DNA from: a candidate division WOR-3 bacterium | Lineage (GTDB): Bacteria; Hydrothermota; Hydrothermia; LBFQ01 | Assembly (NCBI GenBank): GCA_039802605.1 | Contig: JBDRWW010000003.1 | Span: 32,001-96,000 of the forward strand | Reading direction: 5' to 3' | Length of the DNA stretch: 64,000 nucleotides | Shown: positions 52,327-63,269 of the stretch, one piece after another | Layout: each line of letters begins with the position of its first letter | How positions within the stretch are numbered: position 1 is the first letter of the stretch | The notes under the pieces: model-generated | Databases searched by the model: none | What the model saw: only the letters and a program-made list of their open reading frames with translations | What the model was told of the DNA's origin: nothing | Position numbers and translations under genes: made by a program

Positions 52327-53325
52327 TTATCTCATTTTTGCCTCTCCGTAAATCCTGTTGAAATTCTTGGAAAACCTTTCCGCCATTGCTTTACTAAAAA
52401 TTATAACAACATTTTCGTCGTTAAGTTCCTGGGCATTCCTTGAAAAGTTATACGAACCCGTTATAACAATGCTGTCATCCACTATGATATACTTGGAGTG
52501 CATATTATAAGGGTTCCCATCCCTTAAAACATCTATGCCGTTTTTTACGAACTTGTTATACTCAGAACCCCTATTTTTTACGCTTTTGCTCTCAATGACG
52601 CCCGCAACGTTAACGCCCCTTTTCTTAGCATAAACCAATGCATTACCCAATTCGTTATCCGAAAAAGAAAAGGCTGCAAACTTTATATTTTTCCTGGCCA
52701 TATTGACGATTTTTATAATCCTCGCCTCTACATCATCCTCCGGTGAGAAATAAACCTCCACCCTATAAGGTCCAACTTTAAAACAGCAATCCGTATTTCT
52801 CGGAGATAACGCCCCGAATTTTTTATCTTCAAACATCTCGTAAAACTCCCTTAAATAGTTTTCCGCTATGAGGCGTGAATTTATAACCACCAAATTGTTA
52901 TCATTCCTGTATATTTCACTCTCTTTAAAGTTTGTTGAGCCAGTTAATATCAATTGGGAATCTATTACGGCAAACTTGTTATGCATATAGGGTTCCCTGT
53001 TATCAAAGACTATTGGAATTCCTTCCTTTTCCAATTTTTTGGCCGCCCATTCTTTTTTCATCCTATCGTCCATAACCATCTCAACCTTTACACCCCTCTT
53101 TTTTGCTTCTATAATTGCCCTTACTATATCCGGGTGGTCTATTTCGTATATTGCTATTTGTAATGTTTTGCGTGATGAGTTTATCAATCCCACTATAACA
53201 TTCAATACCGTATCCTCCCTTGTGAAGAACACCTGTATATCATCCGTAAGGGTTTTTGGTGCCTCTAATTTACTTCCCCCAAAGCAACCCGATAATACCG
53301 TTAATATTATAAGCAGCCTTTTCAT
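52327..53325 (-). CDS. Phospholipase D/Nuc-family lipoprotein with two HKD motifs
   Basis: Lipobox LSGC; HNKFAVID..TGSTN and HSKYIIVD..TGSYN. Confidence 0.88.
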   Translation of the reverse strand: MKRLLIILTVLSGCFGGSKLEAPKTLTDDIQVFFTREDTVLNVIVGLINSSRKTLQIAIYEIDHPDIVRAIIEAKKRGVKVEMVMDDRMKKEWAAKKLEKEGIPIVFDNREPYMHNKFAVIDSQLILTGSTNFKESEIYRNDNNLVVINSRLIAENYLREFYEMFEDKKFGALSPRNTDCCFKVGPYRVEVYFSPEDDVEARIIKIVNMARKNIKFAAFSFSDNELGNALVYAKKRGVNVAGVIESKSVKNRGSEYNKFVKNGIDVLRDGNPYNMHSKYIIVDDSIVITGSYNFSRNAQELNDENVVIIFSKAMAERFSKNFNRIYGEAKMR

Positions 53326-53328
53326 ACT

Positions 53329-55659
53329 TTAAAATGTTGTCCCTATTTGGAAGTGTGGTCTAAAGCCCTTTGAGGGTTCGTCAAATCCATAACCTATATC
53401 TATCCCCATTATTCCCAGCATCGGTATATTTGCCCTAACACCTAAACCAGCAGATCTTTTGAGGTTTTTAATATCAACCGTCCTCAACTCCCACCAGGCA
53501 TTCCCCCCTTCCAAGAATCCCAAAAGGTATATATTCTCGTTCAACCTAATCCTAAATTCGTATGTTAAAACCGTAAAAACCTTACCGCCTATTACATTAT
53601 AACCCACCTTTGTGCCAACGCTTCTCAGGTCATACCCCCTCAAACCGTAAAACCCCACATCCCCGAGTATGAAGTACTCAAAAAATGGTATATCCTTATC
53701 GGTTGAAAGTCCGTTTAGCAATCCACCCCTAATTCTGAAAGCGTTTATAAGTTTATCCCCGCCAAAGAATGGAAAGGGTTTGTAATATTGTATTTCCGGA
53801 AAATGCCTTAAAAAATTCACATTGCCGCCCAAAGGACCTCCCACCAAATCCAACTGGTATGAAACCCTTAAACCGCTTATTGGGTTAAAAATCCTATCCC
53901 TTGAATCGTAATAAACCGTCCCCGTAGCCGATGACATATACAAAGCGTTTTTATCCTCCCAATAGTCGTAAAAGGGTTGTCCCTGATACTTTTTGTCTAT
54001 GTTAAAAACCTGCAATCTTTCAAGCCTATAACCGGTATTAAACCCCCAGTATGTCCCGAATATCCTTCTACCCACATCGGCGGATATACCCGCCTTTCTC
54101 TGCCAAAAGTCAAAGTAATATTGGGTTAAATAATAGGCGCTCCCCCCAAGGCTTGTAGGTCCGTTTAAAAACCAAGGTTCCCTAAAAGATATTAAAAAGT
54201 TCTTCCTATAACCACCCCATTCAAGTCTTATTTCCCCGTACTGCCCCTTTCCAAAAAGGTTTGGCTGTTGCAATGCCAAATTTCCAAACAAACCCTCCAA
54301 CTGGCTATAACTCGCCCCGGCGCTTATTTGCCCGGTTGGCCTCTCCTTAACTTTAACCACGAGATCAATCCTTTGGGAATCACCAGGAATAGGTCTAATA
54401 TCCGGTAAAACATTTTCAAAATACCCCAGATAATAAAGGTTCCTCAAACTCCTCATAAGTAATGTCCTGGAAAAGTAATCCCCGGGAAAGAGCATAAATT
54501 CCCTACGCATGACATAGTCGTATGTTCTATTGTTTTGCGAAAAATCTATGAACCTGACCCTAACCCTCCAATTTTCCGTAATGTTAAAGTTATAACTCAT
54601 CTTATCGCCTTCTTTTTTCTCTTCGAATCTTAGGTTTGCGTATATATATCCCGAATCCGCGTACAACCCCAAAACCTCCCCCCTTGCCATTTCAAACTTT
54701 TCCTTTGAATATAACCCCCTTTCTAAGGCCTGGGGGGCCCTATACCAAAACCCATACTTCAACCAATCAAATATACTCGGTTTTTTAAAAACTATACTTT
54801 TAAACCTCTCTTCTAGGGTTTTGCTATCAAAAACCTCATTCCCCTCAAAGGACACATCTCCAAATTTATACTTTTTGCCCTCTGTTACATAAACAACTAT
54901 ACCCATATAACCGTTTTCTAAGGGATATACGGAAAAGGAATCAACCTTTGCCTCCGGGTATCCGTGATTGTGATAAAACTCTTCAACCCTTCTTATATCC
55001 TCTTCCCATTTATCGTCGTTAAACACATACCAACTCGTCAATCTCAAGTACCACTTGTATTCTTTTGTGTGAAGGATTTTTTTTAATGTCGCGGATGAAT
55101 ACGCATTGTTTCCCTTAAAGTCTATAAAGCCTACCTTGAATTTTTCGCCTTCATATACCTTGAAAATTATAACCGTCTCCCCGTTTTTGTCCGGCTCCTT
55201 TATCTCGTAATCAACCCTTGCGTTAAGGTATCCCTTTTTCTTATAGATGTTTTCAATGGTTTTTTTCATCGCAAAAATGTTTTTCTCTGTGGCGGCTTTG
55301 TTCTTAAAAACCTTATTCAAAGTGTCAATTAAAGATTTACTTTTAACATTTTTTGCGCCCTGTATCTCAAACTTTTTTATCCTAGGAGCCTCTTTAAAAA
55401 CGAAGAGCATATCAATGGTATCCTTACGGAGCATACCGAGGACCTTTATATCGTCAAATATGCCCAGATTCCAAACCCTATCAAGGGCCTGCTTGAAATC
55501 CATGGCTGTTAATCTTTGTCCCCTTTGTAGCCTCAAAGCGCTCCTTATAACCTGATGGTTTGTCCATTTAACATCCAAAATCTGTATTTCCCCTATATAA
55601 ACCTCCTTTGGTATGGGTTTTGCGGTATCGACTTGCAAAACTAAAATACCTAAGAGCAT
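53329..55659 (-). CDS. bamA: Outer membrane protein assembly factor BamA
   Basis: Five POTRA-like repeats, NLFGKG, LRGY motif, C-terminal FQIGTTF. Confidence 0.93.
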   Translation of the reverse strand: MLLGILVLQVDTAKPIPKEVYIGEIQILDVKWTNHQVIRSALRLQRGQRLTAMDFKQALDRVWNLGIFDDIKVLGMLRKDTIDMLFVFKEAPRIKKFEIQGAKNVKSKSLIDTLNKVFKNKAATEKNIFAMKKTIENIYKKKGYLNARVDYEIKEPDKNGETVIIFKVYEGEKFKVGFIDFKGNNAYSSATLKKILHTKEYKWYLRLTSWYVFNDDKWEEDIRRVEEFYHNHGYPEAKVDSFSVYPLENGYMGIVVYVTEGKKYKFGDVSFEGNEVFDSKTLEERFKSIVFKKPSIFDWLKYGFWYRAPQALERGLYSKEKFEMARGEVLGLYADSGYIYANLRFEEKKEGDKMSYNFNITENWRVRVRFIDFSQNNRTYDYVMRREFMLFPGDYFSRTLLMRSLRNLYYLGYFENVLPDIRPIPGDSQRIDLVVKVKERPTGQISAGASYSQLEGLFGNLALQQPNLFGKGQYGEIRLEWGGYRKNFLISFREPWFLNGPTSLGGSAYYLTQYYFDFWQRKAGISADVGRRIFGTYWGFNTGYRLERLQVFNIDKKYQGQPFYDYWEDKNALYMSSATGTVYYDSRDRIFNPISGLRVSYQLDLVGGPLGGNVNFLRHFPEIQYYKPFPFFGGDKLINAFRIRGGLLNGLSTDKDIPFFEYFILGDVGFYGLRGYDLRSVGTKVGYNVIGGKVFTVLTYEFRIRLNENIYLLGFLEGGNAWWELRTVDIKNLKRSAGLGVRANIPMLGIMGIDIGYGFDEPSKGFRPHFQIGTTF

Positions 55660-55723
55660 AAGCGGTTATTTTATTGCCGTTTTGTTTTTAGTTAGTACCT
55701 TTCCACTTTAAAATATCCGCGCT

Positions 55724-55963
55724 ATGAAAATTACAAAAGAGACAACGGTGGAAGAGGTAGTTGTAAGGTATCCGGATGCCGTTGATATATTTTTCAAATA
55801 CGGGATTCCCGCCATAGCGTGCGGGACACCTATATGGGGCACCATAGGGGAAAATGCGGAAAGGTATGGGGTGAAGGATTTAGGTGGTTTGTTAAGGGAG
55901 CTGAACGAATTGGTGGAAAAGAAAGGGGAGATGGATATTAAACTCAACCCTATAAACGAATAA
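55724..55963 (+). CDS. DUF1858-like small protein
   Basis: ITKETTVEEVV..YP....F..YG..C...TI...A...G. Confidence 0.75.
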   Translation: MKITKETTVEEVVVRYPDAVDIFFKYGIPAIACGTPIWGTIGENAERYGVKDLGGLLRELNELVEKKGEMDIKLNPINE

Positions 55964-55990
55964 AACAAGCTTATAATATCCGCTTCATAA

Positions 55991-56064
55991 GGGCGCGTAG
56001 CTCAGGTGGTTAGAGCGCTCGTTTGACATGCGAGAGGTCGGAGGTTCGACTCCTCCCGCGCCCA
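55991..56064 (+). tRNA. tRNA-Val(GAC), CCA not encoded
   Basis: Acceptor GGGCGCG/CGCGCCC+A; anticodon arm CTCGT-TTGACAT-GCGAG; GGTTCGACTCC T-arm. Confidence 0.95.
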
Positions 56065-56065
56065 T

Positions 56066-57031
56066 TTGAACCTCCCTTTATCCAACGAATACCTTGTTTG
56101 GTTCGTTAAAGTTGCGGGTATTCTGTTCGTAATCCTTACGGTAGCCGCCTATATGGTTTGGGCTGAGAGGAGGGTATCCGCTTGGATGCAGGACAGGATA
56201 GGGCCAAACCTCGTGGGACCTTTTGGTTTATTGCAACCCTTGGCGGATGTCATTAAACTCGCCTTTAAAGAGGACATAACCCCCTTTGTCGCGGACAAGC
56301 TCTTGCACTTCATAGCGCCGGGATTAATTATGACGGCCCCCGTTTTAGCCGTTTCGGTTATACCCTTTGCACCCGGTTTATGGATTGCGAATCCGGATTT
56401 CGGCCTCCTCTGGCTTCTCGGTGCCACATCAATCGCGGCCTACGGGGTTATACTGGGTGGCATCGCCGGGGGTAGCAAGTATCCCCTTTTGGGGAGTTTG
56501 AGGTCAATGTCCCAGATTGTGTCTTATGAACTTCCAATGGGTATATCCGCCTTGGGCCCGGCGGTTATGGCCGGTTCGTTATCCTTGGTTGATATAGTTG
56601 AAGCGCAAAAAAACCTGTGGTTTATAGTTCCCCAATTTATAGGTTTTTTGGTCTTTCTCATTACAACATATGCCGAAACCAACAGGCTACCCTTTGACCT
56701 GCCGGAAGCCGAAGCGGAATTAACGGGTGGGTATCATACGGAGTTTTCTTCTTTAAAGTTTGCATGGTTCTTTGCCGGAGAGTACGCCAATATGGTTATA
56801 GCATCGTCTTCCGTAAGCATATTGTTCTTGGGGGGATGGTATGGTCCCTTTGCGCCGGGATTACACTGGACAATACTAAAAATATCCTTCTTTTTGTTCC
56901 TATTCCTCTGGGTTAGATGGACCCTACCTAGGTTTAGGTTTGACCAGTTGATGTTTTTCAGCTGGAAGGTTTTACTCCCCTTATCTTTGCTTAACTTGGC
57001 CATTGCAACCATTTTGAAGGTAATGTGGTAA
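56066..57031 (+). CDS. nuoH: NADH-quinone oxidoreductase subunit H (isolated)
   Basis: ERRVSAWMQDRIGPN, GLLQPLAD, ETNRLPFDLPEAEAEL, RFRFDQLM. Confidence 0.96.
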   Translation: MNLPLSNEYLVWFVKVAGILFVILTVAAYMVWAERRVSAWMQDRIGPNLVGPFGLLQPLADVIKLAFKEDITPFVADKLLHFIAPGLIMTAPVLAVSVIPFAPGLWIANPDFGLLWLLGATSIAAYGVILGGIAGGSKYPLLGSLRSMSQIVSYELPMGISALGPAVMAGSLSLVDIVEAQKNLWFIVPQFIGFLVFLITTYAETNRLPFDLPEAEAELTGGYHTEFSSLKFAWFFAGEYANMVIASSSVSILFLGGWYGPFAPGLHWTILKISFFLFLFLWVRWTLPRFRFDQLMFFSWKVLLPLSLLNLAIATILKVMW

Positions 57032-57387
57032 AGGGTATAGGGGTGGATGTTGTTAATCTACGAAGGTTTGAAAGGGTTTTAATCAAGACCCCTAGAATAA
57101 AAAACAGATTGTTTACGCAAAGGGAAATAGAGAATTCTTACTCTTTATGGAATTTGGCCGGAAAGTTTGCCGCGAAAGAAGCGGTTTTAAAGTCCGTGGG
57201 TTTGGGTTTGAGTAATGGATTGTGCTGGCACGATGTGGAGATTATTGGAAATTTCAATTCCCCACCAAAAGTTATACTAAGCCCTAAGGCGAAAGAAATT
57301 ATACCCAATGTGGAATTTTTCCTTTCAATATCCCATGAGAGGGATTTTGTTGTGGCGGTATGTTTGGCCGTATTATCAAATACCTGA
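57025..57387 (+). CDS. acpS: Holo-ACP synthase
   Basis: [22 protein letters not shown]. Confidence 0.92.
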   Translation: MVKGIGVDVVNLRRFERVLIKTPRIKNRLFTQREIENSYSLWNLAGKFAAKEAVLKSVGLGLSNGLCWHDVEIIGNFNSPPKVILSPKAKEIIPNVEFFLSISHERDFVVAVCLAVLSNT

Positions 57388-57797
57388 AATCCCAAATTGA
57401 GCCTTCACCTTCGGAGTTAAAGGGTTTGTTTGTTTTGTTAATATTGGGTTTTATCGGCGTTGGGTACGACTATTACCAAAAACTTAAAACCCCAAAGGGT
57501 ATTACCTTTACAAAGGTTTCCAAGGACTTAAAGATTTTTGAGGATACTTCCTTATTCGTAGTTGAAAGGAGGGAATTTTACCGCAGAAAACCTTTAAGGG
57601 GCGGTGAGAAGATAAATATAAATACGGCAAGCGTTGAAGAGCTCATGAGGATTCCGGGAATTGGCCCCAAGATGGCTCAAAGGATTTACGAATATCGCCG
57701 AAAGTTTGGGAAGTTCAAAAGTGCAGACGAACTTATAAATATAAAGGGTATAGGTCCAAAAAAATTACAAAAGATAAAGCCCTATATTACCCTATGA
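57360..57797 (+). CDS. comEA: ComEA-family helix-hairpin-helix DNA-binding protein
   Basis: N-terminal TM; ININTAS.EEL..IPGIGPK.A, IKGIGPK. Confidence 0.85.
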   Translation: MFGRIIKYLKSQIEPSPSELKGLFVLLILGFIGVGYDYYQKLKTPKGITFTKVSKDLKIFEDTSLFVVERREFYRRKPLRGGEKININTASVEELMRIPGIGPKMAQRIYEYRRKFGKFKSADELINIKGIGPKKLQKIKPYITL

Positions 57798-59784
57798 GGT
57801 TTTCGGATATAGCCTCCGATATGTCCCTCACCTTTTCCGGTTCCAAACCCTTTGATTTTACACCGTCGGTAATCATTGTCATACAGAAAGGACAACCCAC
57901 AACGATTTCATCCGGGTTTTTACCCAGCAATTCCTCCGTCCTCTCCAAGTTTATCTTTTTTCCAATCTTTTCTTCCAACCACATCCTACCGCCACCGGCA
58001 CCACAGCAGAACGAATTATTCCTACTCCTATCCGCTTCCAAAACATCCCCCAAAGATTTTAATATATCCCTTGGTTCGTCGTATATTCCGTTATGCCTTC
58101 CCAAATAACACGGGTCGTGGAATATGTATTTTTTGTCGGTCTTTTTTACCTTAATCTTCCCGAGTTTTAAGAGCATGCTAAGATATTCCGAATGGTGATA
58201 AACCTTTATGCTTTTGTCCAAACCGAAATCCGGGTATTCGTTTTTTATGGTATGATAACAGTGAGGACAGGATGCAATTATAGCCTTAGGCTTGTATTTG
58301 TTGAGAGTTTCAACATTTTGAACCGCAAGCATTTCAAATAAGTACTCGTTTCCCGTCCTCCGCGCGGAATCTCCCGTGCATGTTTCCTCTATACCCAGTA
58401 TGGCCACATCAACGCCTGCGGATTTTAAAAGACTAACGACCGTCCTGGCGACTTTTGAATATCTCTGGTCGTAAGAGGCGGCACACCCCGCCCAATACAG
58501 TACTTCAAAATTGGGATTTTCATAGGCCCTTTTTACATCCAATCCCTCGGCCCACTTTTCCCTGTTTTCTGCCGGCATATTCCAAGGATTTCCCTGATTT
58601 TCCATCCCCCTATAAGCATTTGAAAACCCCACCTCTTTACCTTCCATAAGGATTTGCCCCCTCCTTATTTGGAGTATGGTGTATAACTGCTCATTACCCA
58701 CGGGACAAATCTCCACACAGGCGCCGCATGTGGTACAGGCCCAAAGGGCATCCTCGTTTATCGCAAAATCCATTAGCGGCCTTAAACCTTCACCGTTTGC
58801 AAATTTTTTAAGGTTTTGGTTGATCTCGTACCGAATGTTTATTATTAATGCGGATGGCGAAAGGGGTTTTCCGGTAAAGTTTGCCGGGCATACATCCTGA
58901 CACCTGTTGCACATTATACAGGCATAAGCATCCATTATTTGTGCCCACGGTAAATCCTCCAAATTTTTGGCCCCAAAAACCTCTTCCTCTCCCCCCTCCT
59001 CTTGAAGTTTTTCCATAAGGTTTAAAGGTTCGACATATCCGTATGGCTTATCCCTCCTAACCGACCACCTTACCGGGGCAAAGAATATGTGTATATGCTT
59101 TGAGTACGGAAAGTATGGGAAAAAGGCGAGTATTGAACCCAATGCCAACCACCAGAATAAATGTTCGAGAATGGTTTTAAACCCCTCGGGTATCCCATTC
59201 AAGATTAAAAATATGGATGATGCAAAGGGCTGAAATGTATCAAATGAGGAAAGCGATAAAGATTGGTGTAAAACCCTTGAAAACACATGGGTAAAAATGA
59301 ATACGAGCACTATAAGGGAATCCCTTAATATGCCGCTTAGAGCCTTTTCATGAAGGGGAACATTTTCGGGAAAGAATAGCCTTTTATCCTTTACAACATA
59401 TCTGCGGATACCGAAATATATTACGCCAATTAATGCCAAAAGGCTTAAAATATCCGATACAAGGTTAAAAGCGCTCTGCAAAGGTGTGTTTCCAAAGAGA
59501 TTAAAACCGTATATATAACCCCTTATCACATCCTGCAAGTTTACAAGGGCATATACCAAGAAAGCCCAAAGGATGAATGCGTGGAAAATGGAGGTTATAA
59601 ACCTCGCTTTAAATATGGGTTTTTGAAGTATTAGGGCCTGAATCCCCAACCACAAATTTACCCTTCTTTTCTCGCTTTTCCCCCTCTTTATCGCATTAAT
59701 TGCGGCTGAAAAGTTTTTATAAGTTAAGTATCCGGAAAGCAAAAGTAGAACGATAAATAAAACCTTTTCGTATATGGTTAGCAT
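57787..59784 (-). CDS. Membrane Fe-S oxidoreductase (FadF/HdrD/GlpC-like)
   Basis: TM N-terminus, two CxxCxxCxxxCP ferredoxin motifs, CCG-type domains ([23 protein letters not shown]). Confidence 0.88.
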   Translation of the reverse strand: MLTIYEKVLFIVLLLLSGYLTYKNFSAAINAIKRGKSEKRRVNLWLGIQALILQKPIFKARFITSIFHAFILWAFLVYALVNLQDVIRGYIYGFNLFGNTPLQSAFNLVSDILSLLALIGVIYFGIRRYVVKDKRLFFPENVPLHEKALSGILRDSLIVLVFIFTHVFSRVLHQSLSLSSFDTFQPFASSIFLILNGIPEGFKTILEHLFWWLALGSILAFFPYFPYSKHIHIFFAPVRWSVRRDKPYGYVEPLNLMEKLQEEGGEEEVFGAKNLEDLPWAQIMDAYACIMCNRCQDVCPANFTGKPLSPSALIINIRYEINQNLKKFANGEGLRPLMDFAINEDALWACTTCGACVEICPVGNEQLYTILQIRRGQILMEGKEVGFSNAYRGMENQGNPWNMPAENREKWAEGLDVKRAYENPNFEVLYWAGCAASYDQRYSKVARTVVSLLKSAGVDVAILGIEETCTGDSARRTGNEYLFEMLAVQNVETLNKYKPKAIIASCPHCYHTIKNEYPDFGLDKSIKVYHHSEYLSMLLKLGKIKVKKTDKKYIFHDPCYLGRHNGIYDEPRDILKSLGDVLEADRSRNNSFCCGAGGGRMWLEEKIGKKINLERTEELLGKNPDEIVVGCPFCMTMITDGVKSKGLEPEKVRDISEAISENLIG

Positions 59785-59848
59785 AAGTGGGAATTTTACC
59801 CTCGGGAAATTTGTTTGGGTTTAAAACACCTTTAAAATTTCCAAACTC

Positions 59849-60235
59849 ATGTTATTAGCGTTTATACTATCGCAAAACCAAGATACCTTAGAGGATACAT
59901 TAAAGCGTAAGGATATCTTTATAAAATCACCCGTTAAAGCCGCTTTGAGGTCGGCGGTTATTCCGGGATGGGGGCAGTTTTACAACGGTAGAGCATTTAA
60001 AGGCCTAATACTTGGAGGGTTTTCCTTTGTATCCCTCGGTTGGACATTGAAAACTTTTAACGATTACAGGATGAAGGGGGATAATCAAAGCGTATCCAAA
60101 TTTTTGGGGGCTTTGATAGTTAATATAGCGGTTTGGGGTTATACTATTGCCGACGCGTTCGTTGATGCGTATTTATACGGATTTGAGGCCGAGAGGGATA
60201 CGGTTTTAAAGGATATAGAGGTTAAAAAGCATTAG
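59849..60235 (+). CDS. DUF5683-like membrane protein
   Basis: KSP.KAALRSAVIPGWGQFYN, DAFVDA. Confidence 0.7.
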   Translation: MLLAFILSQNQDTLEDTLKRKDIFIKSPVKAALRSAVIPGWGQFYNGRAFKGLILGGFSFVSLGWTLKTFNDYRMKGDNQSVSKFLGALIVNIAVWGYTIADAFVDAYLYGFEAERDTVLKDIEVKKH

Positions 60236-60856
60236 TCAAATCCTTTCAAAAATGCCTTCAACATTGCCAAAGGGTGTTTCCCTTAAAAATACTTTTCTTA
60301 TACTCAATTCATCAAACAACTTTTCAACATCTTCCAATGTATAAAGGCAAACCGGAACATCTATTTTAAACTTTTCCATAACACCTTTGGAAGGAAGGCA
60401 AAACCTTTCTTCAACGGGCAAATCCTTATGGGCATATCCCTTACCCAAAGGGGAATTCAAACCGGAAAAAGAAATAAACAATCTCCCCCCTTTTTCCATC
60501 CTATTTAAAACGATTTTCAAAACCCTTTTTGTGTCCGAAAATCTTAAAAAGTGCAAAACCCTTTCCGCTACAAAAATCCCTATAATCTCTGGAAGTTCTG
60601 AGGGTTTTATTTCTCCAATGTCCTTTAATTTAAGGCCAACCCTTAAATCCAAATCCTTTAATCGTTCAATAAAAAAGGGTTTAATTCTATCGTAAATAAA
60701 CACCCTGTATCCCAAAAGTGCCAATATGAGCGATAACCTTCCGGAGCCAGCCCCAAATTCAACAACACATTTTGTTCCCTTCCAATCCAGAGCAAACTTT
60801 ATAACCTCCTTATCCAACAAGCTCAACCTTTTTGAAACCACATCTATACCGTACAT
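60236..60856 (-). CDS. Class I SAM-dependent methyltransferase
   Basis: VEFGAGSGR motif I, VLHFL, GGRLF. Confidence 0.75.
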   Translation of the reverse strand: MYGIDVVSKRLSLLDKEVIKFALDWKGTKCVVEFGAGSGRLSLILALLGYRVFIYDRIKPFFIERLKDLDLRVGLKLKDIGEIKPSELPEIIGIFVAERVLHFLRFSDTKRVLKIVLNRMEKGGRLFISFSGLNSPLGKGYAHKDLPVEERFCLPSKGVMEKFKIDVPVCLYTLEDVEKLFDELSIRKVFLRETPFGNVEGIFERI

Positions 60857-60911
60857 TCCCCACAAATTTTAAAGGCGAAGGGATTAATCCTCCAACAAGC
60901 AGTGGAAATAA

Positions 60912-61553
60912 TTAATCCCAACACTTTTCGGCGTAAAAGAGTCTCGTAGGGCCAAAGGCGAACCTTTTAACCCTTACCCTTTTAAATCCCACGGATATAA
61001 GCATATCTCTTAAAGTGTTGTCATCCGGAAAATCAATGATGCTTTTGAAAAGATAAAGGTAATCCTTAACCGAACCCCCGAATATGGGGGATAAGAAAAT
61101 CATTAATGTTAAGTATGCCAAATTGGGCAAATCCCAAAAGTTTAAATCCGCCTTCATTTCAAGTATTAAAAGTCTCCCGGGGCATTTTAAAACCCTATAA
61201 AACTCCCTTAAAGCCTTTTCTTTATTGGGAATATTCCTCAAACCGAAGGCAATGGTTATGGTATCAAAAGAATCACTCTTAAATGGTAATTCTTCCCCAT
61301 CCCCCAAAACCAAAACCGCCCTTCTTTTCCCTTTTTTTAACATACTTAAAGAAATATCAAGGCCTACCGAGAAATCCCTTTTGTATATTCCCGGTATTAT
61401 CCCGGGACCTGTGGCCACATCTAAGAGCTTCCCCCTTGAAAGTTTTATAACATCCCTCCTCCACAATAGATTTTGACCAAAAGAAAAAACAACATTTCTA
61501 AATTCGTAAAGCCTCATCTCGGAAAACATTTTATTTATTTCCCTTTTAACCAT
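60912..61553 (-). CDS. UbiE/MenG family methyltransferase
   Basis: SFGQNLLWR, LDVATGPG, GDGEELPF, IAFGLRN, YLYLFKSI. Confidence 0.85.
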   Translation of the reverse strand: MVKREINKMFSEMRLYEFRNVVFSFGQNLLWRRDVIKLSRGKLLDVATGPGIIPGIYKRDFSVGLDISLSMLKKGKRRAVLVLGDGEELPFKSDSFDTITIAFGLRNIPNKEKALREFYRVLKCPGRLLILEMKADLNFWDLPNLAYLTLMIFLSPIFGGSVKDYLYLFKSIIDFPDDNTLRDMLISVGFKRVRVKRFAFGPTRLFYAEKCWD

Positions 61554-61645
61554 AATCTCTTACAGAATAAAAAACCACACCTTTCACACTTGTAATTCTA
61601 AGGTCGGAGACTTATCGGCCTATACTACCGTATAATACTAGCATC

Positions 61646-62356
61646 ATGAATGAGGAAGTTCGTAAAATATTGGAAATGCTGGAAAGCGGAAAAATAACCG
61701 CGGAGCAAGCCGAAAGGCTGATAAGCGCCATATACGAAGGGGAAAAACGGGATAAAGGTGAAAGAAAAAAGGGATTTGAGGGTGCCGTAGAAGATGTTGT
61801 GGGGAAGCTCGTATTGGATGTAATATCCGCAACTTTCAAGGCCGTTGGTAAAGGGTTAAAACTTGCACCCTTTGTTCCCTCCGAGATTTCCGAAGCGTTT
61901 TCGGAAGCAGGAAGGGGTATAGGCGAGGCTTTTAAAGACTTGGACGAAGATTTGTACATTGTAGAAGTCATTTCGGATAATGTTGTGGTTTCCACATCAC
62001 CCGATTCCCACTTGAAACCCGGAAAATACCGTAAAAATAATTTAATTATCCCAGAAAACTCAAAGTTGGCATTAAAGGTTGTAGATGGGGATGCCAAATT
62101 GAACGGTAAGTTTGATAGGGTTATATGCGTAGTTATAGACGGGAACTTGGAGTTTGAAGGGTGGTTTAACCTGTTGGACTTACATATTATTGACGGGGAT
62201 GCAAGGATTAAAACCGATATAAGGGATTTAAAAGAGGGCGTTAAGGTGCTTCAAGGCGCAAAGGATATACCCGAACTCCCAGGCGGAGGCAGGGAAATAA
62301 AAGGAACTATAATTGACGGGAATTTGAAGGTTATTTCTTTGGATTCATCCAGATAA
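61646..62356 (+). CDS. SHOCT-like N-terminal domain protein with beta-rich repeats (YvlB/DUF4097-like)
   Basis: EEVRKILEMLESGKITAEQAERLI; repeated (V/I)(V/I)DG(D/N). Confidence 0.65.
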   Translation: MNEEVRKILEMLESGKITAEQAERLISAIYEGEKRDKGERKKGFEGAVEDVVGKLVLDVISATFKAVGKGLKLAPFVPSEISEAFSEAGRGIGEAFKDLDEDLYIVEVISDNVVVSTSPDSHLKPGKYRKNNLIIPENSKLALKVVDGDAKLNGKFDRVICVVIDGNLEFEGWFNLLDLHIIDGDARIKTDIRDLKEGVKVLQGAKDIPELPGGGREIKGTIIDGNLKVISLDSSR

Positions 62357-63269
62357 ACAGAACTCCCGGAAGGGATGCCAATATGTTTGCAAAGTAATAC
62401 AAAATGGAAATTGAAACCGCACCTTCATAACCCGTATAATAACCCAAAAGATAAACAAATCCCCCCTCCCTTATGCCAACCCCACCTATACTAAGCGGTA
62501 TCATGGTTATGAGATTCACCAGCGATGTATAAACCACGGTTTTTAATAGCAGCATGTCAAGGGAAAAATTAATAACCCCCAAGGAAACCCCCAAAAAATA
62601 AGCCCCCATGCCCAAAAACCCCTGCATGGCAAAGGATATTAAAAATCCAAGGATTACGAGAAGGGGATTTTCCCTGTAATGGTCAAAGGCTAACAGAAAG
62701 TTTGAAATCCTTTCACCAAGACGAAATACTTTAACACTTCCAAGGATGTTTATTACCAATTTCCTTAACCTTCTGCTGAGTATAACGATAGAGGAAATGA
62801 AAGAGGCGATGAAGCCCAAAACTATAAACCACCCTATGGGCTTCATGGTTTTACTTCCCAAAATCAAGGACATCAATGCTAGTGTTAGTAATGCCAAAAA
62901 ACCCACCATCCTATCTATGAAAACGGCGGCAAAGCTCTGGGATTTTGAACCCGATTTAATACCCACATATAAACCCCTTATTATATCAACTCCCGCCCCC
63001 GCTGGCAGAAACATCCCATAAAACAGCGCTCCAAGTGTTACAAAAATTGCCCCCAAAGGGGTTATAACCTTCGGTTGTAAAAAGATATACCACCTATAAC
63101 CCGATAATGCCAACCCCAAAAATACGAAAAAAACCCCAAGTATTGCGGTGTATATGTTTAAGGATAGTATTAACCCGACAACTTTTGATATATCCGTTTT
63201 GGAAAAGACCCAAATGAGGGCCAATACGGTTATCAGGAGCCTTAAAAATATATTAAGGAGATTACGCAA
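62331..63269 (-). CDS. Lysylphosphatidylglycerol synthase TM / flippase-like membrane protein
   Basis: RW, FLPAGAGVD..R, DRMVG, PLSIGGVGIREG. Confidence 0.8.
   Translation of the reverse strand: MRNLLNIFLRLLITVLALIWVFSKTDISKVVGLILSLNIYTAILGVFFVFLGLALSGYRWYIFLQPKVITPLGAIFVTLGALFYGMFLPAGAGVDIIRGLYVGIKSGSKSQSFAAVFIDRMVGFLALLTLALMSLILGSKTMKPIGWFIVLGFIASFISSIVILSRRLRKLVINILGSVKVFRLGERISNFLLAFDHYRENPLLVILGFLISFAMQGFLGMGAYFLGVSLGVINFSLDMLLLKTVVYTSLVNLITMIPLSIGGVGIREGGFVYLLGYYTGYEGAVSISILYYFANILASLPGVLFIWMNPKK

Noticed and set aside
52327..53325. PLD as an anti-phage (DISARM DrmC-like) nuclease
   Set aside because: It is a lipoprotein with two HKD motifs in housekeeping context, with no defence genes nearby
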